From: Hyphomonadaceae bacterium
GTDB lineage: Bacteria > Pseudomonadota > Alphaproteobacteria > Caulobacterales > Hyphomonadaceae
DNA length: 64,000 bases
Direction of reading: 5' to 3'
Assembly (NCBI GenBank): GCA_947478925.1
Contig: CANJXY010000001.1
Location: 4,291 to 68,290, forward strand
Positions within the stretch are counted from its first letter, which is position 1; the number at the start of each line of letters is the position of its first letter. The notes beneath the pieces were generated by a model, which made no database searches, was not told the origin of the DNA, and was given only the letters and a program-made list of their open reading frames with translations. Of this stretch, positions 56,371 to 64,000 are shown piece by piece. Made by a program: the position numbers and the translations under genes.

Positions 56371-57540
56371 TTAGCGACCGATCGTGATCTGCACTTCCGC
56401 GCGGCGATTGAGCGGCTCGCGGGTACCGTCGGGACGCGGCTCGGCCGGTTCCGATTCGCCTTTGGCTGCGGTCTTGATCGATGCGTCGGCCACGCCCGCA
56501 CCGAGCAGGGCGGTTTTCACCGCATCAGCACGACGCTGCGAGAGCTTATCGTTGTAGGCAGGCTTACCCGACGAGTCCGTGTGACCTTCGACGGACGTCA
56601 GCGTGATCGAGCATCCACCGGTTTTGGCGCGCGCCACGGCAGCGTTGATCGTGTCACGGTTCGCCGAGGTGAGGTCCGAACGATCCCACTCGAAATACAC
56701 CACGAACGGGGGCTGCTGTTGGCTGCAGGTCTGCGCCGCCGTCTGGTCAACGGTGGTCGGCGGAGGGGGCGGCGGCGGAGGCGGAGGCGGAGGCGGCGGC
56801 GGCGGCGGAGGGGGCGGCGGAGGCGGAGGCGGGGCCGGCGGCGGCGGCGCTGCAAACTGCCAACGCAGACCAACCTTCACGGCATGGTCCTGGTAGGAAG
56901 TCGTGTAGCTGCCATCGATACCCGTCATGTCGAGATCCGGCACGGTTAGGTAGGTATAGCCAATATCAATCGTCGCTTGCTCGTTCAGCTTGACGCCGAA
57001 ACCAGCCATCGCGTTCAGGGCGTAGCCCGAGGCGCTGTCGTCGAATCCGTTGGCCTGAACGCCCGAGCCCGTGAGATAGAGCGACGCAACGCGGCTGTTG
57101 ACGCGGGCAGCGCCGGCGCCAACGCCGAGGTATGGCGTGATATTCGAGCCTTCAAATTTGAAGTCCTGGATGGCGTTGAACATCAGGTCGGTGACGCGTG
57201 TGGAACCCGCGCCATCCGGCCCAAGGCGACCAGCCGGCTTAGTACCGAGGAACGAGTCGGGGACCCTCAACTCGACGTTACGGTATTCAAACACGCCTTC
57301 GAGCCGAAGGCCGTTGTCGAAGCCGTAGCCGAGGCCGGCACTATAGACCTGATCAACTTCCGGCTTCGCGCTGGAGTCGATATTGCCATTAACAAACGGG
57401 TTCTTGATGTCGACATCTTGAACGCCGTCAACCACCACACCTGTCTTGGCAGTACCATACCATCCAGATTGCGCGTGGGCAGTAGCGCCTGCAGAGACCA
57501 TCGTGGCGGCCGCTGTTGCGCACAAAAGTGCTCTTTTCAT
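56371..57540 (-). CDS. OmpA family outer-membrane protein (N-terminal beta-barrel, polyproline hinge, C-terminal OmpA domain)
   Basis: ATG at 57540. Signal MKRALLCATAAATMVSAGATAHAQ, alternating beta-strand pattern, PPPPAP(25) hinge, FEWDRSDLTS...VEGHTDSSGKPAYNDKLSQRRADAV...NRRAEV. Confidence 0.85.
   Translation of the reverse strand: MKRALLCATAAATMVSAGATAHAQSGWYGTAKTGVVVDGVQDVDIKNPFVNGNIDSSAKPEVDQVYSAGLGYGFDNGLRLEGVFEYRNVELRVPDSFLGTKPAGRLGPDGAGSTRVTDLMFNAIQDFKFEGSNITPYLGVGAGAARVNSRVASLYLTGSGVQANGFDDSASGYALNAMAGFGVKLNEQATIDIGYTYLTVPDLDMTGIDGSYTTSYQDHAVKVGLRWQFAAPPPPAPPPPPPPPPPPPPPPPPPPPPPPPPTTVDQTAAQTCSQQQPPFVVYFEWDRSDLTSANRDTINAAVARAKTGGCSITLTSVEGHTDSSGKPAYNDKLSQRRADAVKTALLGAGVADASIKTAAKGESEPAEPRPDGTREPLNRRAEVQITIGR
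56758..56847 (-). repeat. CCG/CCT/CCC codon tract encoding PPPPA followed by 25 consecutive prolines
   Basis: Plus strand is (CGG/AGG/GGG)n. I counted 25 uninterrupted Pro codons (56758-56832), one GCC (Ala), then 4 more Pro codons (56836-56847). Confidence 0.9.
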
Positions 57541-57949
57541 TACAGTCCCCTTATCAAAAGGCATTCCCCGGCAGCCAAGCTCCGGCGCTGAGGTCTAAAC
57601 GCGGTCGCCCCGCATCTGATCCCGAGTTACACGCTTTTTTTTGTGTTGGCGATACGGGTGCCAAGCGGAAGCTGCCGCGGAACCGCATTTTGCGGGAAGA
57701 CGGGGCAAGTCGGCAACAAGCTATCCACCGTGCAAGACCTTACGGCAGGCAATATTCGTCTCGGTAAGGAACAGAATCGCCTCGCAGCAAAGATGCGATT
57801 CGACCACCACTCCTGGCCGGCCGAACCAGCCCTGCCCGCCAAATGGCTCCGGTCAACCCGCCGAGACTCAGCTCGCCAAGCCTGCCCCCGCTGTCAGGTC
57901 ACTCGCGCGTTACGGGATTTCAAACGAAACAACGAACCTAGTGGCTTGC

Positions 57950-58795
57950 TCAGGACACAACCGGCACCCAAACTTCGCAGCCGCCATTACCCGTATGCGG
58001 ATCGAATTCAGGACCGTAACGCTCGATCATCTGCATCGGGCCAGGAGGCGGCGTCCGTCCCGACGTGGCCAGCCAGTCGCCGGCGGCGGTGCAAGTCTCG
58101 CCGATACTCGACACGTGTCCGTCGTGGCGGAACACCGCCCACTCGCGACCAGCGACGCACACCCCCACTATCTCCTCGGCGAGATTATCCAGCGTGCGGA
58201 CCTGAACCGCGGGCATATAGTCGAAGCCAGTCTCGTCTGCGCCATCGGCTGGACCAAGACAGAGGCCGAATGTGGGGCCGGGCATTTCTCCCGATATCGT
58301 GCCGATGTGTGGAGCGAAGGCTTGCCAAATCGCGGGAATGCCGCCGCGATCCCTGAAGCGAAAATACTTTCGTATCCCCGCAAAGAACATGGGTTCCGAG
58401 ATGATAAAACGATCTGGCGAAACGTTCGCGGGCGAAGTGTCGGACATGCGTGGAGGCTCCGTGAGCAGCAGGCTGTCGAGCGATCGCCTTGCCCTGGCCT
58501 CTTCGGGTGTGAGCCCGAAGTGATCGCGGAAGGCGCGGGTGAATGCCTCGTGCGATCCGTAGCCGACGGCGAGAGCCACCTGAAGAATGTCGGGCGCGCC
58601 GTCCACGAGCAGTCGCGCCGCCTCACTCAGCCTTCGCCCACGCGCATAGGCGAGAACAGGCAAGCCGACTACGGTAGCGAAGGTACGAGAGAGATGAAAG
58701 CGCGAGAGCCCTGATACCTGCGCCACATCGTCGAGCGTAAGCTGCTCGCCGAAATGGCTTTCGATATACCAGAGGGCTCTGCCGATCGCCTGCAT
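57950..58795 (-). CDS. AraC family transcriptional regulator with GyrI-like effector-binding domain
   Basis: ATG at 58795. LTLDDVAQVSGLSRFHLSRTF...VALAVGYGSHEAFTRAFRDHFGLTP, then a GyrI-like C-terminal half. Confidence 0.8.
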   Translation of the reverse strand: MQAIGRALWYIESHFGEQLTLDDVAQVSGLSRFHLSRTFATVVGLPVLAYARGRRLSEAARLLVDGAPDILQVALAVGYGSHEAFTRAFRDHFGLTPEEARARRSLDSLLLTEPPRMSDTSPANVSPDRFIISEPMFFAGIRKYFRFRDRGGIPAIWQAFAPHIGTISGEMPGPTFGLCLGPADGADETGFDYMPAVQVRTLDNLAEEIVGVCVAGREWAVFRHDGHVSSIGETCTAAGDWLATSGRTPPPGPMQMIERYGPEFDPHTGNGGCEVWVPVVS

Positions 58796-58920
58796 ACTGC
58801 CACCTTCCGAAGCGCAATAAGAATGGCAAGGCCTCGCGGAGGCTGCTTGATCGGGATTGCTGCAACGCTGCGACCGCATCGAGATCAGCGCGTGCGTCCG
58901 GCGGCGGCGGACCCCGTGCC

Positions 58921-59376
58921 CTAATCCGCGATCTTCCGCTTGGCTCTGTTGATCGCCGCATCGAGTGCGGAGAGGAAAGCAGAGCGATCCCTCGGTGAAA
59001 ATGCTTTCGGACCAGTCGTGATTTCTCCAACCGAACGCAAGTGCTCCATCAAACTACGCGTGGCGAGCGCCGCGCCAATCATGTCTGACGTGAAGACCTT
59101 GGCGGAAGGCGAAATTACCTCCGCCCCCTTTTCCAGCGATCGACCAGCGAGCGGGATGTCGTTGGTGACCACGACGTCGCCCTGCCCAGCCCGCTCAGCA
59201 ATCCAGTCGTCAGCGATGTCGGGTCCAGCGTCGACGAGGACAAAGCGGATACGCGGCTCCATCGGCGTGCGAATGAAAGAATTTGCAATGACGAGGACAT
59301 CCCAACCGACTCGGCGGGCGACCTTGTAGATCTCTTCTTTCACCGGGCAGGCATCTGCATCGACATAGATGGGCAT
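58921..59376 (-). CDS. YaiI/YqxD family protein (UPF0178/DUF188)
   Basis: ATG at 59376. [16 protein letters not shown]...VVTNDIPLA. Confidence 0.8.
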   Translation of the reverse strand: MPIYVDADACPVKEEIYKVARRVGWDVLVIANSFIRTPMEPRIRFVLVDAGPDIADDWIAERAGQGDVVVTNDIPLAGRSLEKGAEVISPSAKVFTSDMIGAALATRSLMEHLRSVGEITTGPKAFSPRDRSAFLSALDAAINRAKRKIAD

Positions 59377-59468
59377 AAGGCGATTAGCCAAAGTCGGCCG
59401 GCGAAGTCCAGACCTCAGGCTTCTGCCGTGGGCTTTAGGCAGGGGCCGCTCGACTGACGTCTCAACGT

Positions 59469-59868
59469 TTACGCCGAAGCATTGCCGGGGTTGGCACTGC
59501 GCCGCTTGCGCTCTTCGCGCCGCAGATACGCATTCTCCTCGACTCTTTTGAGGATCTTCTTCAACTCCTGATCCGTAAGATGCTCGATACCGATGAATTC
59601 GTTGTCGGCGTCGGTCTGCGCACGGACGAGCCCGTCAAGTTTGGCGTGGATGGCGCCATTGCCGCGGTTTGCGTGTTCTGGATCAGGAAGAATTCTGGAA
59701 AGTGATGCTGTAGCCGTAGGGGGATCACCAGCCGCCACTTGTCCGAAAACCGAACAGCGGGCCGGAAATCGCCCACAAAGAGACGAAGAGGATGCAAGCC
59801 AGTAAGACGAACGCACTGCCTGCGGCTTCCGACACCGCGTTGGCGAGATTCGCAAAAAGCTTGCTCAT
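59469..59868 (-). pseudogene. low-affinity iron permease family gene with at least two frame changes
   Basis: ATG at 59868 gives MSKLFANLANAVSEAAGSAFVLLACILFVSLWAISGPLFGF, then a stop. A second frame continues SDKWRLVI...FFLIQNTQ and a third [36 protein letters not shown]. The shifts sit at a T4 run (plus 59746-59749) and an A3 run (plus 59668-59670). Total length is 400 nt, i.e. 402 minus 2. Confidence 0.7.
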
Positions 59869-59915
59869 TGGAGCCAGAACTTGCCGCGAGCGCGCAGGGT
59901 TTCGGAGCCGCTCTC

Positions 59916-61013
59916 CTAGTTCGGTTTAGGCAGGAGTTCTCCCTGCTTCACCTCATTCGTGCCAATCGGAAGATCTACGCGTAGGCCATCCCACCCAGCT
60001 ACCCATTGATCAGCAGGGCGCACGGCGGCGACGCCGGCGAAATACATCGGGTTGGAAACCTGGATAGACGGAATGTGGTGCGTGTAGACGAGTAGTTTCA
60101 CGCCCGCTTCATTAGCCATCTTCGCCGCATCGACCGGGCTGACATGGTAGTCCGGAATATCACCCATGATCTTTGCGATACGCGGATTGCCGCCGCCTGC
60201 CATCTGCTTCTGCACGAGCGAGATCATGGCCGGTGAAAGGGACTCGGACACCAGCACGTCAGCGGCTTTTGCGTTCTCGGCGAGATTTGCGGATACCGCC
60301 GTGTCCCCGGAGAGAACGACTGAACGCCCCTTCCAATCGAAGCGATAACCCACAGCGGGACGAATAGGATCGTGATCGACCTCGAACGCGGTGACCTTGA
60401 GGTCGCCGTCCCGTAGGATGACTTCCTCGGCAGTGAGTTCGCCCTTGAAACCGGCGCCAAACTCCCTGGCAATGAGGGGCGATGTCTTGACGTTGACGAC
60501 GCCAGCGCCGTGGTGGGCCAAACGCAAGCGCGCATCCTCCTCATAGGCGGTATTGAAGCCATCGACGATCGCCTTAACCCCGTGAGCGCCATAGACGGGC
60601 AACATCTCACTACGACCCGCAACCATGGTCTGCATGCGGAACTCGCCCAGATCGCCGATGTGATCGGAGTGATAGTGGGTCAGGAAAACACCTGCGATCC
60701 GCGATCCTGGAAACTGCATGCGGGCGAGCTGCTCCCAGCTCTCCGGCCCGGTGTCGACGACATAGGCGTTTGCGCCAGCCACGACAATTGTGCAGGCCTT
60801 GGCGCGGTTGGGGTCGGGAAGCGGCGATGACGTCCCGCAGAGAATGATGCGCAAGGCCTTGCCATCAAACACCTCGGTCATGGCAGGATTGAGCGGGGCT
60901 GGCGGGAGGACGGCGACCGGCGCCATCGCATGCTCAACGGCCTGACTGGCGCAGGCTGTCGCCGCCAGAGCGGCCAGAAAGGCGGCAATGAGCAGTGTGT
61001 GGTGGCGCTTCAT
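59916..61013 (-). CDS. MBL-fold metallo-hydrolase (secreted)
   Basis: GGGAGGG RBS, signal peptide. LTHYHSDHIGDL (HxHxDH), YTHH. Confidence 0.8.
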   Translation of the reverse strand: MKRHHTLLIAAFLAALAATACASQAVEHAMAPVAVLPPAPLNPAMTEVFDGKALRIILCGTSSPLPDPNRAKACTIVVAGANAYVVDTGPESWEQLARMQFPGSRIAGVFLTHYHSDHIGDLGEFRMQTMVAGRSEMLPVYGAHGVKAIVDGFNTAYEEDARLRLAHHGAGVVNVKTSPLIAREFGAGFKGELTAEEVILRDGDLKVTAFEVDHDPIRPAVGYRFDWKGRSVVLSGDTAVSANLAENAKAADVLVSESLSPAMISLVQKQMAGGGNPRIAKIMGDIPDYHVSPVDAAKMANEAGVKLLVYTHHIPSIQVSNPMYFAGVAAVRPADQWVAGWDGLRVDLPIGTNEVKQGELLPKPN

Positions 61014-61159
61014 GACGTCCCTCCCTTAATGTTACCAAACCGTAGCTATCAGCGGCGCAGGCGCGGCGCAAATTCAATGAACTATAGGCGCCTCGGACGG
61101 TTGATTGGAGCCGCGGGTTGGGCAATGTCAGACGACTGTAGACTCCAAAGGACACCGTA

Positions 61160-61471
61160 ATGAAGCTCCATATCGCCGCGCTCGCCATTATTGCCGCCCT
61201 GGCGACATCCGCCCCCGCGCTCGCACAGAGCGATGACATGAGCCCGGCGAAGCTCGAAAAACTGGACAAGCAGGCGATCGAGCTGAAGTTGCCGTTCAAT
61301 CACGCCAAGGCGATCGACATCGCCAAGAGCAAGGGCGTGGTGACCGCAAAGCAATTGAAGCTCACCAAGCGCGGCAACTGGAAAGTCGAAGGGACGGACG
61401 CGCAAGGCCACAAGATCGAAGTCCGAATCGATGGCAAAACCGGACAGGTCGAGAAGGTGGAGCGCGACTAG
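61160..61471 (+). CDS. PepSY domain protein (secreted)
   Basis: Signal MKLHIAALAIIAALATSAPALAQ. AKAIDIAKSKGVVTAKQLKLTKRGNWKVEGTDAQGHKIEVRIDGKTGQV. Confidence 0.7.
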   Translation: MKLHIAALAIIAALATSAPALAQSDDMSPAKLEKLDKQAIELKLPFNHAKAIDIAKSKGVVTAKQLKLTKRGNWKVEGTDAQGHKIEVRIDGKTGQVEKVERD

Positions 61472-63468
61472 ACGAACTCCACCAGCACCTCGTCTGCCGC
61501 CACGCTCGCACCCTCAGCGGCGTTGACGGCTTTCACAACGCCATCTGCTTCCGCGCGAATGATGTTCTGCATCTTCATCGCCTCGACAATGCACACGGCT
61601 TCGCCAGTCTTCACTTCCTGGCCAACAGCAACGGCAACCGAGACAACAAGGCCAGGCATCGGGCTCATGATGAGCTTTGAAGTATCGGGCTTCTGCTTCT
61701 CGGGTAGGCGGGCGTGCATTTCGGCCTGGGCCGGCGCGCAGACCTTCACATGCGCCTCGACGCCAAGCCGGCGTAGGACGAAACCTTCCTGAGCATTCGC
61801 AATCGACAGCGCGAATGACTGGTCGCCGAAGGTAACCTCCATCAGGCTCACGCCAGGACGCCATTGCGTGGCGAGCGCAAGGTGTTCGCCGCTTTCAGCG
61901 AGCGTGAGGGCGGCCTTGCCCAGCTGGAAGTCGAGACGGATGGGTATGTGCTTGCGACCGACGATAACGACCCAGTCCTTGCGGAGGGGCTTCATTGGTT
62001 CGACACGGCCCGACGTGGATTCAGCCCGTCCGACATTGAGCGCGTGGGCGTAAGCCGCGGCGGCGACGAACAGGTTTTCGACTTCGCGCGAGGCGGGTGC
62101 TCCGTGGAAGCCGTCAGGGAACTCTTCCTTGATATAACCTGTGGTGATCTTGCCGGACTGGAAGCGCTTCTGGTCGAGCACCGCCGCGAGGAAGGGTGAG
62201 TTGTCCTGAATGCCCTGCACTTCCAGGCGCTCCAGCGCCTTGGTGTGCGTAGCGATAGCCGTGGCCCGGTCTTTCCCATGCGTGATCAGCTTGGCGATCA
62301 TCGGATCGTAGAACATCGAGATCTCGTCACCTTCACGGACGCCGGTGTCGATGCGGACCGTGCCTTCACCCAGCTCGCCCTCTTCCGGGAAGCGCATGCG
62401 CTTGAGACGGCCGATGGACGGCAGGAAGCCGCGATATGGATCTTCAGCGTAGATGCGGGACTCGAGCGCCCAGCCCTTGATACCAACATCCTTCTGCTTG
62501 ATCGCCAGCTTCTCGCCGGCGGCCACGCGCAGCATCTGTTCGACGAGATCGCAGCCGGTTATCAGCTCGGTGACGGGGTGTTCAACCTGCAGACGCGTGT
62601 TCATCTCGAGGAAGTAGAAATTGCGGGCGCCGTCTACGATGAACTCCACCGTTCCCGCGCTATCGTATTGCACGGCGCGCGCGAGGGCGACGGCTTGCTC
62701 GCCCATCGCCTTGCGCGTCTCGGGTGTCAGGAAAGGCGAAGGCGCCTCTTCAAACACTTTCTGATTGCGGCGCTGGATCGAGCACTCACGCTCGTTCAGG
62801 TAGATGATGTTGCCGTGCTTGTCGCCAAGCACCTGGATTTCGATGTGACGTGGTTGATCGACGAACTTCTCGATGAAGATGCGATCATCTCCAAACGAGG
62901 CGATGGCTTCGGCGCGTGCGCCGTCGAATCCCTCTTTCGCTTCTGCCGCATTGAAGGCGATACGCAGGCCCTTGCCGCCGCCGCCGGCCGATGCCTTGAT
63001 CATCACTGGATAGCCGATGGAGTCGGCAATCTTCACGGCCTCTTTCGAGTCGTTGATCAGGCCCATATGGCCCGGCACGGTGTTGACGCCCGCCTCCGCC
63101 GCAAACTTCTTCGAGGTGATCTTGTCGCCCATCGCCTCGATGGCATGCGGATTGGGCCCGATGAACACGATCTTCTCGTCCTGCAGGCGTTTGGCGAAAC
63201 CGGCATTCTCTGACAAGAAGCCAAAACCTGGGTGGACCGCCTCGGCGCCGGATTTGCGAACCGCGTCCACAATCTTGTCCTGCGCCAGATAGCTCTGCGC
63301 CGCAGGCGAACCGCCGATATGGATCGCCTCGTCGGCCATGTCGACCGCCATGGAACTCGCGTCAGCATCGGAATAGACGACGACGGTCTTCACGCCCATG
63401 CGCCGGGCCGTCTTGATAACCCGGCAGGCGATTTCCCCGCGATTTGCGATCAGGATTTTCGAGAACAT
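61468..63468 (-). CDS. pccA: acetyl/propionyl-CoA carboxylase alpha subunit (biotin carboxylase + BCCP)
   Basis: MFSKILIANRGEIACRVIKTARRMG, ATP-grasp blocks, C-terminal biotinylation motif VEAMKMQN. A length of 666 aa fits PccA-type proteins; substrate is not determinable from sequence. Confidence 0.85.
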   Translation of the reverse strand: MFSKILIANRGEIACRVIKTARRMGVKTVVVYSDADASSMAVDMADEAIHIGGSPAAQSYLAQDKIVDAVRKSGAEAVHPGFGFLSENAGFAKRLQDEKIVFIGPNPHAIEAMGDKITSKKFAAEAGVNTVPGHMGLINDSKEAVKIADSIGYPVMIKASAGGGGKGLRIAFNAAEAKEGFDGARAEAIASFGDDRIFIEKFVDQPRHIEIQVLGDKHGNIIYLNERECSIQRRNQKVFEEAPSPFLTPETRKAMGEQAVALARAVQYDSAGTVEFIVDGARNFYFLEMNTRLQVEHPVTELITGCDLVEQMLRVAAGEKLAIKQKDVGIKGWALESRIYAEDPYRGFLPSIGRLKRMRFPEEGELGEGTVRIDTGVREGDEISMFYDPMIAKLITHGKDRATAIATHTKALERLEVQGIQDNSPFLAAVLDQKRFQSGKITTGYIKEEFPDGFHGAPASREVENLFVAAAAYAHALNVGRAESTSGRVEPMKPLRKDWVVIVGRKHIPIRLDFQLGKAALTLAESGEHLALATQWRPGVSLMEVTFGDQSFALSIANAQEGFVLRRLGVEAHVKVCAPAQAEMHARLPEKQKPDTSKLIMSPMPGLVVSVAVAVGQEVKTGEAVCIVEAMKMQNIIRAEADGVVKAVNAAEGASVAADEVLVEFV

Positions 63469-63553
63469 CCGTTACCCCGGCAGCCCTTAAATAGGTGACG
63501 GCAAAGTGACTATTGAGGCCTGTCGGTCAAGGCGAATTTCGCAAGTGGGGCGC

Positions 63554-63973
63554 CTAGGTCGGTCCCTTGTCTCGCCCCTGAATATCCACCTCATCCATGC
63601 GGGTGGTGACCGACACCAGAATGGCAGTGGACCAACCGATGAGAATAAGGCCAATAACCCCCTCGATACCTGCCAGAAGGCGGTGATCGGGGGCAGGCAC
63701 GACATCTCCATACCCGAGCGTTGTGAACGTGCTGGCGGAGAAATAGAGCGCCGTCTCGAAATCGCGCGGGAACTGCCCGAGGCTTGAATAGAGGACCGCG
63801 TACGCCACGATCTCGAGCGCGTGGAGCGCCAAAAGGCCGAACACCATGAGCACAACCGTAAAGGTGCGTTCGTGAACCTGTCCTTCTCGCCACGGTCTCG
63901 CTTGATCCGACCCATGCATGTGGGTGAGCCCCCATATGCCTGCAGAATGGCACAGCACGCACAAGACGATCAT
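63554..63973 (-). CDS. two-TM potassium channel family protein (start may lie beyond the window)
   Basis: Selectivity filter TTLGYGD. The frame stays open upstream of the ATG at 63973 through position 64000. Confidence 0.75.
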   Translation of the reverse strand: MIVLCVLCHSAGIWGLTHMHGSDQARPWREGQVHERTFTVVLMVFGLLALHALEIVAYAVLYSSLGQFPRDFETALYFSASTFTTLGYGDVVPAPDHRLLAGIEGVIGLILIGWSTAILVSVTTRMDEVDIQGRDKGPT

Positions 63974-64000
63974 GCCTGCTGAAATGCTGAGGTTCTGGAA

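Noticed and set aside
55994-56374. 126-aa plus-strand ORF
   Set aside because: Its 3' third consists of the ompA terminator hairpin and the convergent gene end, and its 5' part has low GC3. At most a fragment of a lost gene.
56603-56896. GGC/GGA/GGG tract considered as a Gly-rich protein gene, VNTR or CRISPR-like repeat
   Set aside because: It is the reverse complement of the polyproline hinge of a well-supported OmpA-family ORF. There is no spacer/repeat organisation.
62245-63213. 322-aa plus-strand ORF inside the carboxylase gene
   Set aside because: Antisense shadow of the biotin carboxylase frame.

Overview
High-GC chromosomal segment that looks alphaproteobacterial by gene content. This is my judgement from reading the sequence; I ran no database search. 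About 60 protein genes and one tRNA-Thr(UGU) are supportable. Housekeeping genes: mfd (5' part), sdhE, pgi, metG, queC-queE, pyrD, and a biotin carboxylase/BCCP subunit (pccA-like). Envelope genes: an alpha-2-macroglobulin plus PBP1C pair, a DUF374-waaA-lpxK-lpxL-like Kdo/lipid A operon with a divergent Cys-phosphatase, an OmpA-family protein with a 25-residue polyproline linker, and an MsbA-like ABC exporter. The rest is lipid and CoA metabolism genes plus many small secreted proteins and lipoproteins. I found no transposase, integrase, phage gene, CRISPR array, rRNA or recognisable defence operon, and no clean multi-gene novel system. The signals most worth a second look are four. (1) Two intergenic hairpins present almost pure poly-C loops, and their wobble pairs are strand-specific (33.5 kb on the minus strand, 37.8 kb on the plus strand); these are candidate small RNAs. 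(2) Eroded genes are unusually dense: an ECF-sigma/kinase relic, a LysR relic plus an AKR pseudogene, an LtrA gene with three in-frame stops and no frameshift, a frameshifted iron permease, and two roughly 0.6-1 kb stretches with no credible ORF. (3) An orphan 342-aa three-TM protein. (4) Promoter-embedded palindromic operators upstream of the pirin gene and a UrcA-like gene. All family names are recalled from motifs and need HMM or BLAST confirmation.
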